A stretch of DNA of 63,293 bases, the filler included, from Pelomyxa schiedti (Eukaryota; Protista; Evosea): the NCBI GenBank assembly GCA_020536535.1. It is 3 parts of 3 records of this genome, joined end to end, with 100 filler letters (N's around TTAATTAATTAA, not from the genome) between each part and the next. Parts side by side here need not be neighbours in the genome. Positions count along the whole stretch, not along the records: positions 30,475 to 59,124 come from JAHLWZ010001020.1; 2 more parts are not named here. The stretch is one strand, 5' to 3'. Below the pieces are notes generated by a model. It was not told the DNA's origin. It saw nothing but the letters and a program-made list of their open reading frames with translations, and did no database searches. Positions 38,201 to 50,168 of the stretch are shown one piece after another (within the stretch, counting starts at the first letter, position 1; each line of letters opens with the position of its first letter). The translations under genes and the position numbers were made by a program.

Positions 38201-38959
38201 GGCAGAAGCTAAAATAGACAAAGAACCTTCCAGTGCTCAAGAACCAAGAGAAATAGAACAATTTATTTTGGTTGCCCAGGCAGAGAGTGTGTGTTTAATC
38301 TGAGTTTCTGAGTTAATTTAATTTACAGGATATTCGTCATACTTTATGTGGAACATTGTCTTCATGATGTTCCTGATTGTGGTTCTCTCGTTTCTAACTT
38401 TTACTATACCTGCTGAAGATGGAGCTGGTCGCCTAGGCCTAAATCTCACACTTATGTTAACTGCAGTTGCGTACAAGGTAACTTCTGAATGTCTTTCCTA
38501 AGGCAGTTCTGACCCCCCTAGTATGTCATAGCAGGCTATCTCCCAAAAACTACTTATCTCACTTTACTGGACAAATATGTAATCATTGGCTTCATTATTC
38601 TCGCTTCAGTTATTTGTGAGAATTCAACCGCCTCTGTTGCGGAAGATGATTCTGCACCCTTCTTTGACAACATGGCAAAGTTGACTCTAATTCCGGTAGC
38701 ATCCTCATAATTATTTAGCACTGCCCATTCATGTTTTTTTCGTGTTAACACCGCTTTGAACCAGATATGGCTACTTCTTCATGTTGGAATTGTTCTAGGT
38801 TGTTCATTGGACCTCTTTAGACAAAGCTGGGATGAAGTGGAAGCCTCACAAGAAACTACGGAGCCATCAACCACACCTGGAAAACCTACAGACCCAGCCA
38901 TTCCACCCATGGCCGTTTCTGTAATAGCTGCTTTGGCAGCAAAAAAGGGCTCAAGGTAA
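35231..38959 (+). CDS. Multidomain Cys-less (Pro-loop) pentameric ligand-gated ion channel subunit: AbfB-like trefoil + PIMT/PCMTD-like fold + SAM (sterile alpha motif) + ligand-binding domain + 4 TM
   Basis: LBD EFDADVDLVLTWKD and FTGTFSEIMELQRFPFDRQ; M1 YFMWNIVFMMFLIVVLSFLTF; M2 GRLGLNLTLMLTAVAYK; M2-M3 LPKTTYLTLLDKY; upstream exons splice in frame; 5' end uncertain. Confidence 0.75.
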
Positions 38960-39062
38960 TAATATCATTACCTCCAACTGGCCCCAAAATTGTAGTGCGG
39001 TACTAGTAACAAGTTTGAAATTATCCCTTTTTGTTTTTGTGAATTTCTTTTTTGGAGGAAGC

Positions 39063-40162
39063 TCATGGCTTGAGCCCATATTCCGTGTGTATATCGTCAA
39101 TTATGCCTTAGGTGATAAGTGGACAAAAGTTGAAGTGAGGAAGGTACTTTGCATGGGAGCAAGTTGCTTCTTTTCAATAAGGTTCCACCTGCGAACAAAG
39201 AGGTAGAAGTGCTGAAAAGTTTTGATCAATTGGCCAAAACAAAAGGGGAAGAGATTATTTACCTTAAATCCTGTATTGAAGTGGGCATGAAGCTCCAGTT
39301 GCCTCAATTTCTCCAGGTGAGAATAGTACATATGGGCGTACCTAAAACCGTTACCGATATAAAATTGCAGAGGATGGCAACACTCTGAAAAGTCGGGTAA
39401 ATATTTTCTTTACAGTAGTTGGAAAGTTCTTTGGTGGAGGATCACGAATTTCTAGTGGGAAAATGGTTTGGTCATCAAGCATACCTGTAGGGATTTAGAT
39501 AGAACTTGTCAAAGAACTCTACTTGCCTTGAATCCAGTTCATAAGATTAGTTACATACTGAGAAGCAGACACTTGCTCAGGGGTTTTGCTGGAGCTGCCT
39601 TCTCCCCAAAGGTACTGTGGTACAGGCAATGAGCGGAAAGGAAAATGTTTCTGGTAGAAAAAAGTTACCTCAAAAGGACCAGCACTCATTGTGGGGCATG
39701 CAGTGGCCGTGCAAAAGTCGGAAATTGCACCAAAGAGAAGGTTCACTTGATTAAAGAAATCAATTGTATTCACTGCAAGCCAGGCGGACATAGCTGTGCT
39801 CTTCATGCCAAATGTTAGCCCAAGTATGCCCGTATGAGTGGAGGTTGTGTTGAAATAAAAGGCAATAGAGTAAATATCCATGTGTTAGGTATTCGCTCTA
39901 TCTGCAGTTAAGAAAACACACCGGGGGTACTTCAACAGCAGCCATATAATCCCCAGCATGAAGTGTGCCTAAAAACGATATTTATTTCCTATGGGGAAAA
40001 AAAAAAAAAAAAAAACGAAAAAACGAACAAAGCGAGAGGAGTAAAAGAAAAAAAAAAAAAGGGCAGCGTACTTTTTGCCCTCTTGTGAAGGGCGTGCAAC
40101 GTGGTTTCCTTCACGTACTGCTTCTTGGGTCTAAATGTGTTCCTTTGTCCTGGCCAGAACAT
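39063..40162 (-). CDS. MOB1/phocein-family kinase activator (multi-exon)
   Basis: NTFRPKK; WLAVNTIDFFNQVNLLFGAISDFCT..CPTMSAG; YVTNLMNWIQ; YAHMYYSH..HFNTGFK. Confidence 0.9.
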
Positions 40163-40339
40163 TTTTCTTCTTTACTACCCGCAGACAGACTTTTTCAAAG
40201 TAAAAAGAAAAACAAAAAACGACCACCGGACGCTCGGCCCCTCGCTTTTCTCCTTTCTTGATAAAAATCAAAAGAATCGAATTCAATTTTTGTTGTGTTT
40301 TCGCCTTTTCTGAGGTTCAATCAACAAGGGACATTGAAC

Positions 40340-41820
40340 TCAAGAGGTGCTACCCGTTGCCTTTGTTACAGGCGTGTGGGACTTGACATCAACAGTGAGC
40401 GAGAACACTTCGGGCTTTGAGTAGTGGCCAACGGGGTCAAATTCATATCTAGCTCTGGTTATCTCTGACATGTTGAATTGTGTGACTAATATTCCTTCTT
40501 TGTCAAATAGTGGCCCGGCCAGAATTTCCCCGTGTGGGGATAGCACTACGCTTCCGCCACGGCATAGAACCGTGTCCCTGTCTGGTTCTTGTGGTGTGAC
40601 AATTATGCTGGAATTGACTGGAGTATTCGTGGTAGTGCTTGTGGGTGTGGTAGTCGAGGGTGCTGAAACCACTTTGGAAGGAAGAACTATCTGTGATTGC
40701 AAGTGTTCTGGATAGTCAGACAGTTTTACAAATTGGTTGCAGCCAATAACATAGCAGCGTCCCTCTAGTGAAATGTGCTGCATGGTTGATTGCCAAGCAT
40801 CCCGGGAATCTGCTGTGGGTGCTATATAGATATCAATTCCCTAGGTTTTTAGGTCAGGTAGTCTTTGTGAAGAACTTTCAACTGACCTGAGAATAAAGGG
40901 CCATCCTTGCAAGGGGCATATAGTTCTCCCAACAAATCAGGGAACCAATTACACCAAACGGAGTGGTGACCACATTCAATGAACTGCCATCACCATCAGC
41001 CCATATAAGCCTTTCACTACCAGTTGGCTTACCATGTTACAATTTTTATTTTCACTGTTAGAAGGTACCTTTAACTTACGGTGAACTGCTTTTAGTATAC
41101 CATCTGGCCCAAAGGTTAGTACACTGCAGTACAGTGTGCCTTTTGAGAACCTTTCTTTTTTTTTTTTGTTTTTTTAAAAAAAGAGATGTAAATTAGGAAG
41201 AAGCCAGAATATACCTGTGACCCCAATTACAAGCCAAACAGAGGATTCCAAAGCAGCTCTGCCAAGAGCTTCAGTTTCTGGTCCGGGTACAGTTATAGAG
41301 TTTCGCCAGTACTCCTGCAGCAACATAACACTCTTAGAAAGTGCTTTTTTTTTACCCTTTGATACAAATGTATTATGATGTAATTTAATAAAAGGAAAAC
41401 CTCAAAGGTAGTTTTCCCCTCAGCAGTCCTGCTCCCTTCCACATAACATTAGTCTCAACCCATTTTTTCTTTTTTTTTCAAAAAAAAAAAAAAAAAAAAG
41501 AAGAAGAAGAAGGAAGAAATAAAGGGCACACCCACAACCGCACCAAAAGATAGGCCCCTTGGGTACGCTGGTATGTACGATTCCGGAAACACCACCAATC
41601 TGTTCTTCACTGAGCTCGATCCAGATTCCGATGAACGCGCCGGCGACGACCCACCAGTGGCCTCGTCCATTTTTGCCACCGCTTCGGCCACCAACCGGCA
41701 CGCCTTGCACGTGCTCTCTGGCCCGTCGAAAACCACAGGGCACGACTGCACCACCGCGACTTGCACCCACTGGCTCTCGCCCTCGCAACTAATGGCCGGC
41801 ATTGACGGGGCCGACACCAT
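40340..41820 (-). CDS. Nitrilase (carbon-nitrogen hydrolase)
   Basis: Catalytic E-K-C context: [32 protein letters not shown]; C-terminal [10 protein letters not shown]. Confidence 0.9.
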
Positions 41821-41914
41821 CCTTGATCCCCACAGATTGGCAGAATAAATGCAATAGATTTGGATCTAGCCATATGGATCACAAATGGGCAAAAATGTGT
41901 GAATCCCAAAATTG

Positions 41915-43577
41915 TTAAAACTTGCTTGGGTGCCTCTTTCCTGGGGTGAAATGGCTTATGCGTTTCTTCTGGAGTCCCAGAAGAAGGGATGGTGGTGGGT
42001 GCAAATCCAAAATGGGAGTGACAACTGGTAGTTTATAGATTGGTGCAAGCGCAGAGGAATTGGCACAGGCCGGCTTCCACAACATCCGTGTTGATGTCAT
42101 TTCTGTGAGTGCATGAAATGCAACTGCAGGGCTGTGGAGATGGAGCCGCTCCAATTCCGGGGTTTGGAAAACTCGTAATGAAGCAGGGTGGTGAGAATGG
42201 AGAGTGTGACTGGGGTGATGATGCTAATGGTGAGAGGGATGCGTATGCAGGTGGTAATGGGAGTTGTGGTTGTGGTTGCGATTGTGATTGCGATGCGGAG
42301 CAGTGCTGAAGGCTGAGGAAGCTCTTGATTTGCGGATTGGAATTTCGGAGATAGCAGAATGAGACCTTGGCACCATGGCCGGCACTGTCCGCATTTAAGA
42401 ATGCTGTTATTCCAATGGTGACTCCTTGGAAATTATATTGGTATTCTTCCTTGTTTGTTTGAAAGTGGTTTGGTACCGTTGTTGGCAAAATGGGCTCTGG
42501 AGACAAGAAACCCCGGTACAGAGGAGGTGAGGGTTTTTACTAGCCCCCCCCACAGTACTTTGACTCTGTCAAGAGGAAGTTCCCAGTGAGTGACTCGCAC
42601 GGTAATACAAAGTTCTGTGGGACCGAGTGTTAGAGATAAATAGAGATCAAAAAATGAATTGTACCATTCGGAATGCGCTTGTACAGAGTTATTGGCGATT
42701 TACTAAGTAGTGATTTCCGAGAAGAAGCTACCTCTGCTGCGATTTGCTTTCTGCACGATTCTTCCTGTGATTGGCAGTATTCTTGCATTTCAGCGAGTGT
42801 ACGTAGGCGCTTTATGCAATTAAGAGTGTCGTCATGAGCGAGACTGTGTGATTGCTGCTGCTGAGAGCTGTCTTGAATGGGATTGGCGCGATGAACTTTG
42901 TACTTTGGTGGGGAGTAGAGTTGTGGTTCCGATGATGCGGGGCTATGAGAACAATCAACTGTTGGGGGGGTGGACCCTAGTGAACGACTGTGTTTGGGAA
43001 TGTTTGAATGAGAAGTAAAGACGAAGAAAGGAGTGGGGGGTGACAGGTTCTTTGCTGAAGATGGCCCGGAAGATTTTGTTGGACGGTGGTGCCTATCGAA
43101 TATTTTGAAAGGCATCGAGGTCAAAACACCACAAGGAAGGTTATCCACCACCAACTGTAAGTCAGAGTGAATGTGTCTGTAGGATTGAAATAAATATTCC
43201 ATCTAAAGGCACCAAAAGACGTACTCCACTGAAGAAGTGCATCTACTCCGGCACTTGAGGAATTCAAAGTATTCCTTGCCATCAGTGGAGACCGTGGGAC
43301 CCTTTGGTGTAGAAATGTGTACCATACTCTTCCCCAAACAGCAGGTATTGCAGGTGGCCACTAAAGTACACAAATTAGATACGTTCCTACAACACTCCAC
43401 AATTTTCTTTTTTTTGAAATTAGCTGGTGGAAGAAAAGTGCATACCCGTTGTAGTGCCTGCAATGCAGCACTTGGCATTGAGGCCTGCGTTCCAAACCTG
43501 CTCAGCAGTTGGGTGACGAGGGGTAATCCTCCATCCAGGAGGTGCAACAATGAGAACCTGGAAGATGGCATTAGCAT
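41915..43577 (-). CDS. Hypothetical protein with Cys-rich central domain and low-complexity linkers (multi-exon; ends uncertain)
   Basis: Consecutive minus-strand ORFs: CNTCCLGKSMVHI..FEFLKCRSRCTSS..HIHSDLQLVV. Confidence 0.5.
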
Positions 43578-44298
43578 AGTGAATACCAAGCAGAAAAATA
43601 AAAAACTAATGGAAAACGAAAGGCTTGGGAGAGTGGAGGAGTGCCAGAGTTTAAAAAAGAGGTTGGGTGAATGCAAACTGAAAATCGATAGCGTTTCACA
43701 ATGGCCCTGCACGAAATGACGAGTTCCCACATGTGCAGATTTGTTTTTTTGTTTGTTTGTTTGAAGGGGGCTTTTTTTCCTGGGTGTTGTCTGTTGAACC
43801 TCACCAAGCTTGTTTAGCTGAATGCGATTCGGCAGTTAGTGGTCGAGATCTTCCATCAACCAGAAGATTCGGGATTTTTGGACACCATTCCGCCAAAAGA
43901 GGCACGGGCCACTCCTACCTGAGGCAGTTGAACTGACTTATTTTTCCGGGATTGTGTGTTCAACCAGCGTCAGCGATTCTCAAATCCTGGAAAAAAGACC
44001 GGGGACCCCTGGTGTGAAATGACATAAAATCAACATGCACGCCAGCTGATCACTCTGGAAATGGCACGCGAATTGGGCCAGCCACTCCTCCAATTCACCA
44101 CTCCACCAGCCAATTAGCATTTCGAATCATTGTTGCAGCCCCTGCCAGCGGAGTTGCCCGATTTGCCAGTCACAGGGCGTTACGGGAATTGGTCCATCAC
44201 CTTAATCAAGAGTGTCCGGCGAAACACCACAAAAAAAAAAAAACCCACAAAGACATAACCCTCGTATCAAGCAAATTCTACTCGGAAGTAGTACGTAG

Positions 44299-46127
44299 AT
44301 GGCTAGCACAAGACCGGTGAGATGCAACAAGGGCCACGATCTTGTCAAGTTCACCAGAGAACAGTTGTTGGTGGAGAAACAGGAGTACCAGAACGGCTTC
44401 AATTGCGACGTGTGCAGGCGTCACTACCCCATCAAACTCGATGCGTCTTCAGTCATGCACTGCTCTGCGGTATTTTCCTTGTTTTTATATCTATTTTTTC
44501 TTGTTTTTGTTTGAAGCTATGATGCTGGCGAGGTAATTGGATAATTGTTGACAGTTTCTTAGTGCGAGTTTGATATGTGCAGCTCCTGTGTGAACACTGC
44601 ACTTGGTGTACCTCCCACTGCCACGGGCACTGGGGGTGCTGTAAATCTTGTCGGTAGTGTGAACATGTTTGGCCTGAACGTTCTACGTGCAGTGTGTTGT
44701 GGTACCGCAACAAATAATGTCTTCTTGTCCCCCTACTCCATTGCCCAGGTAATACTTTTCCAATGTATGGCTGAAAACCTCACCTCATTTCACCAAGATT
44801 CTTTCTCTCATGTGCGTTGGCGCAAATGGCTCGACAAAGTCCGAGATGCTTCATGCCCTGTGCATTCCTGAGGGTGCCGCCAACAGTCTGGCTGCCTTCT
44901 ACCAGGAAACAAACAGAACAATCAAGGTGGAACCACTTGATTGATTTTGATTGATTATGTGCCTGATTTTTTCAACAGGCATCTAGAGCAGAAACAATAA
45001 TTGCCAACTCTACATGGGCCAAACCTAGTTACACCTTCACACCTGCGTTTCGTACATCAGCTGCCATGTTTGACACCGAGGTTTTATTATTATCTCAAGA
45101 GGGCAGTGGTTGTTAACACATCACAGGCGTATCCAATGCCCGGCACACCAGAACCAATAAACCGGTGGTGCTCTGATAATACCAAGGGCCGTATCAAGTA
45201 CACCGCATTCGATTGTAAGTTTTCTGACTTTTCACAGCCACGTTGTTGACCAGATTGATCCTTCACTGGTTTTGGCTTTGATTAATGCCCTTTACTTCAA
45301 GGGCATGTTCACAAAGGCTTTTGATGAAAGCTTGACCCAGCAAAGGCCCTTCCACAATGCCGACGGAACCACATCACATGTGAGTATGATGAAGCGAACA
45401 GAGAAAATGCTTTACAAGTAACAAACCCGTTGGTCTTTTTGTACTTATTCATATTCATATTATAGGGAAACTGACGAGTACCAAGCTGCCCTTCTGACAT
45501 ATGGACCAGACCACGTTTCACCTGCGATGTGTTGGTTAGTGATCTAACTGCTACGTATAAACTCACATGCAACAGTGTAGTTGTGCTTCCACGACCAAGC
45601 GTCACTGTTGAAGCCCTGCTAAGCAAACATGACTTTTGGCAGGTGACAAAGCCAAACACTTTCGACTCCGAGAAAGGAACTCTACAGCTTCCAAGATTCA
45701 AACTGGAATTTTCAACGGAACTGAGCCAAACTTTACAGCATTTGGGAATGACAAGTGCTTTCAGGTCGGGAGATTTCTCAGGTTTCTGTGTTTTCTCCCA
45801 TCACTATGTGCTAACTTTTTAAAAGCCATGTGCACCCCCAGCCAATTAGCTATCTCAGCTGTTATTCACAAAACTTTTGTGGAAGTAAATGAAAAGGTAT
45901 CCCTGTCCCAGCTCTTCCTTCGCGACGTGTACACTTACCTGTCTCTTTCACAGGGAACTGAAGCGGCCGCCGTCACTGCTGTTCTCCTACGCGGCTGTTG
46001 CATGCCCGCGGACCCACCAAAGCCACCTTTCTCGATGATTTGCGATAAGCCCTTCCTCTTCTACATCCTGGAAAAATCCACAGGTGTTGTTCTATTTTCT
46101 GGCAAAATGGGCAGTCTCAGCAGCTAA
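44299..46127 (+). CDS. Serpin with N-terminal Cys/His zinc-finger-like domain
   Basis: NVFLSPYSI, INRWCSDNTKGRI, LINALYFKG, LPRFKLE, HKTFVEVNEKGTEAAAVT, CDKPFLFYI. Confidence 0.9.
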
Positions 46128-46313
46128 ACCTCATTATCCACCTTTCCCAAGAACGCAAAAAAACAATGGTCATTTTCCATTTTTTCAATTGTTTCAATTC
46201 CATTTTCAACCATTTTATTCGTCAAGGTCTTTTCCTTGGCCTACGTTGTGTGGGTCTGCCTGTGGCCCTCTGTGGGCCAGGGGTGCTAAGTACACGAATT
46301 GTAGAACTGGGCA

Positions 46314-47972
46314 CTATGGCACCAAGGAGAGTGGGGTGGATGTGCTGTGCGTCTCCAACCCATGCACCAAAGAATGAGCGGGGGTAGTTGAGACCAGCAC
46401 ACGTGGTCCACTTGCGTGCAGCCGGGTCATACCTTGAGGTGTTTCAGTTGAGGCTGAGGGAATCATGGTTCACTTACTTTTCCACTGTAGATGAATTTTC
46501 GCCGCCTATTACGTAAATGCAATCCATACACGTAACAGAACAGTGGGAATGGCGAGGATGAAGCATAGGGGGCAGTTCCTCCCATTCGCGAGTATTTATG
46601 TTACAGCAGTAGAAATTACACACAGATTGTCTTTAATATATGATTTCTGTATTTGGTAATCAAAATGGAATACCTTGGGTTTTCAGGCTGTTCTCCACCA
46701 CTAATGTAAATGAAATCCCCAAGGAGGGTGCATGAAGAATTCATAAATTCCGCTGGGGCTGGAAATGAACCTGCGCTAACCACCCGGTTACCTTCCACTT
46801 GAAGTACTTCACACTGGAGAAGCTTTCCTTTCTGGAATAAACAAAATCCAATCGTAACTGAGAGTTTGGTGGTACTGAAGTACAGCATACAAGGGAATGT
46901 CCTCCAAATATAAATATGCCAGCCGGGGTGGCAACCGCACAGTGATGCGTCCTTGGAGTTGCCAAAGCTCCTAAGAAAGGTTATTGCAGTAGAGAAAAAA
47001 ATTGGAGAACCAGATTGACTCCACACTTTAGAGCGGCATACATGAGCCTCAACAACGCCTGAGATCCCAGATAAGTAACTTTTACCAGTTGTAGATCCCC
47101 CACAAATAAAAATTGTATCTAAGGTCATCTCAGCAAAGCAGTACATTTTGGATTCTACCGTTCAATGTGCAGGCAGAGCAGTAGGCACGCTCTGCAGTTA
47201 ACTTTCCAGTTGGAAACCATCCAGCTGTCCCAGGGTGATGAACGAGTGTATCGCATGATGGTTGATCTGCTGTGGAACCTTTTGCCCGGCCCTTTCGAGT
47301 GACCCCTGGAGTTTCCCCACCTGCAATATAAATATCCCCATTTTCAGTTGCCGTGAGGCCAAAACTCATGCGATTCAAGTTGAGGTAAAGTCTTGGACAA
47401 AGTTAGCATGCGTTACAATTAAACCTATACTAACTCCCGTGAGTGTGTCCACAAATTGGCGACAGGGCTGTATACATCAGCAGTGTGCAACACGGTTTCG
47501 GAGTAACCCCCCACAATGCAAATAACACGCCGCCAAGAGTATGGTGGGTGAGTGTACCTGAGAATAGTTTAAAAAGAAATGAGCAATCTTGCTAATAACC
47601 CACACAAAAATGCGCCAATTGCGGCACACAGAAGAGACACTAGTGACATCCGAGGGCCGCAGATAGTCGAATATGATGGTCATCAAGCCAGGTGGTAGCA
47701 CGCTCCATTGCTCCAGTTTCGAATACCTCTCTGTTGCGAGTTACTACATGCCACAATGGTCGTTTGGCACAATGCAATGAAGTACCAGTGGCAGTGCAAG
47801 ATCTAGATACAGACGGTGTCTCCGCCTCGCCAACATCTCTGACACCGACACCAACACCAACATTAACATCCGGTGGCACGGCAGCCCCACCACGCTTTTT
47901 ATTCTTTTTGTTCCTAGATCTAGTTTTTACAGCTGCCTCGTACTCGTCGACATCACTCCCCTGCCCGTCCAT
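46314..47972 (-). CDS. F-box/Kelch-repeat protein
   Basis: F-box LPPGLMTIIFDYL..VSSVCRNWR; Kelch IYIAGG, IFICGG, IFIFGG, IYISGG, IYVIGG. Confidence 0.88.
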
Positions 47973-48077
47973 CCACCAGTTCTCATCCAAGTCCAGAATT
48001 CCGCTTTTTCGAAATCTCTACCAAACAATACAAAAGCATGTAGCTTGTATTGTATTGTTTTGTCCAAGCCCCTTATT

Positions 48078-49983
48078 TCAATGGGTTTTGAATTTCTTGG
48101 CTGGCAGTCCTAGGAACCGATTGTGTCTAGCTCCGAAGCAACAAGCAACTGTAACTCGCACAGCATTCGCTTTTCGGTGGCACTTATCCATGATGCAGCA
48201 CGATACACAGGTGGAGTGGTTGGTGACATGGCCATGGCCTGTTGCTTCTTGATGGAATTGGTGTTGGGTGGGAAGTATCTGCTGAGTCTGAACTGCGTGA
48301 GCCGCAGTATGGCCCGGAGTACGCCCTTGGCTGCCGATTCTGTGCGGGGTTGGTGCCGGAGTTGGGTGTAGGACAGGAGCTGCGTGGTGGGGCTGCTGCC
48401 TAGGAGCCGGCGGAATGATTTGGAATTTTTGCTGGTTAAAACAAGTGCACATGTGACAAGTGCTGGTGGCAGAAGATCACTTTTGGTTAATACGATCGCC
48501 CCCCTTGGCTGGTATTAGTTGGATTTTTAGATGTGGGAAGTACTGTTGCAAGGCACCAATGTTGTGCAGAAAGCGAATTCTGGAATTTACTTCCTCTGAA
48601 GTTATTCTTTGAGTGGAGAGTGATTGAATAATATCTGCCTCAGTAACTAGTACTGTGTCGTTGAGGTTGTTATCGAACACAACAAAGCCATACTTTTGAA
48701 GAAGCTACTACAATGTTAGTTTGATGCACTCAACAACACGAGGTGCTGAAGTCAGCATGTAGTGTTATAGATTGCCTGAACTTCGAACCTGCGTATTGGA
48801 CAACTCCTTCCCGTAGGTTACAAATAATTGCTCACCCTTATGTATTTCTTTGGTGGCCTGAAATGCAATTAATCGCAATAGTTACCAACACTACGTACTA
48901 TAAGTGCAAACCAGCACAGATTACTCGGTGGGTTTGCAGAGGACGTAGCCTGGGCATGCTTTGGAGGGAGAAGGCAGCTCACGTCACAATTAGGATGTAA
49001 GTTGTGGTTGACAAAATCTATTATCGGTAGCATATAAGGGCCATTTCCGTCTATGTGAAAGCAGCGCGATGAAATAAGCCCAGCACAATGATTGAAGCTA
49101 TTATAACCGCAGCTGAAAGAGTTTAACCGTTAACAATTACAGCACGCAAAGAAGGATACTTCTTACTTGTCCAAAGGAAATTGCTCAGGAAATAGCCTGA
49201 TGAAAGGCTCTACACATGTCTCAAAAACCTTGTGCAACAATTTTCCTTGCCAATCAGATGCTTGAAACTGATGATAGTTTTCTTTTATACTCCTAAGAAA
49301 AAATACATACTGGCTGCTACAGTAGTTCCCCTGAAGAGACAACGTTCCATTGAAGAAAAGTGGTCTGGGGTGCTAACTTCAGTAGGAAGGTATTCAATGT
49401 AAGAAGCAATGCCGGGGTCGTGTGTCTTCCACACCTGCACATAATGAACCGTTTCGGCTCATTGGGGTGTACAGCACACACCTGATTTCCATACAGGATA
49501 CGCATTAGACAAATAACAGAGCACACCCAAGGTGATAAATCAAGCCCATTGGGTTTTGACTGGATGACATGCATCAATTCTCCCAGAAGGGCTTGTGTGT
49601 AACTGACAGAATCCATTTCCAATGAAGTGCAGGCGGAAGGGTTGTTTGCACTTTCATCCAAAAAAAACTTCAAGAATGCACTTGGAGGTAACCTCATTAG
49701 CACTTCATCTTATGTTTTAAGGTAAGTAGAGCATTAGTAGTTTTCCAAAAGTCCCCTTCTCCCGTCATTGCACTCTCAGTACCAGTGGTTATATTCTCTG
49801 CTGCAATTGCACAGATTCCCATGCCATCGATCTGGTGCAGATTATTTTGTTACGTAACATCCAAACACAAGACATTTAAATGCACACATGAGACAACTGC
49901 AACTTATGGGACATCACACAGCCCGTAGCTGCACGTCCCAGTGCCTCCACAACACCCTTGGCCGCTTCTTCATCATGCTCCAT
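48078..49983 (-). CDS. Hypothetical protein (multi-exon)
   Basis: Minus-strand exons from MEHDEEAAKGVVEALG to a Pro-rich, Cys-containing C-terminus; no family recognised. Confidence 0.5.
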
Positions 49984-50168
49984 CGGAATTTGATTCGGCA
50001 ATTCGCAAAGTGATCAGAGGCCAAACTCTGAAGGACTCGATGGAGATTCTTGCTTCAGCATGCAAAGGGAGGGTGTGGCCCATTGGTGTTATCTCCCAGA
50101 CAGAGGTTCTTCTCATAATGGCTTTTCGAAAAGATGAAAAATAAAACAAAAAAAACCGCATTGGTCAA

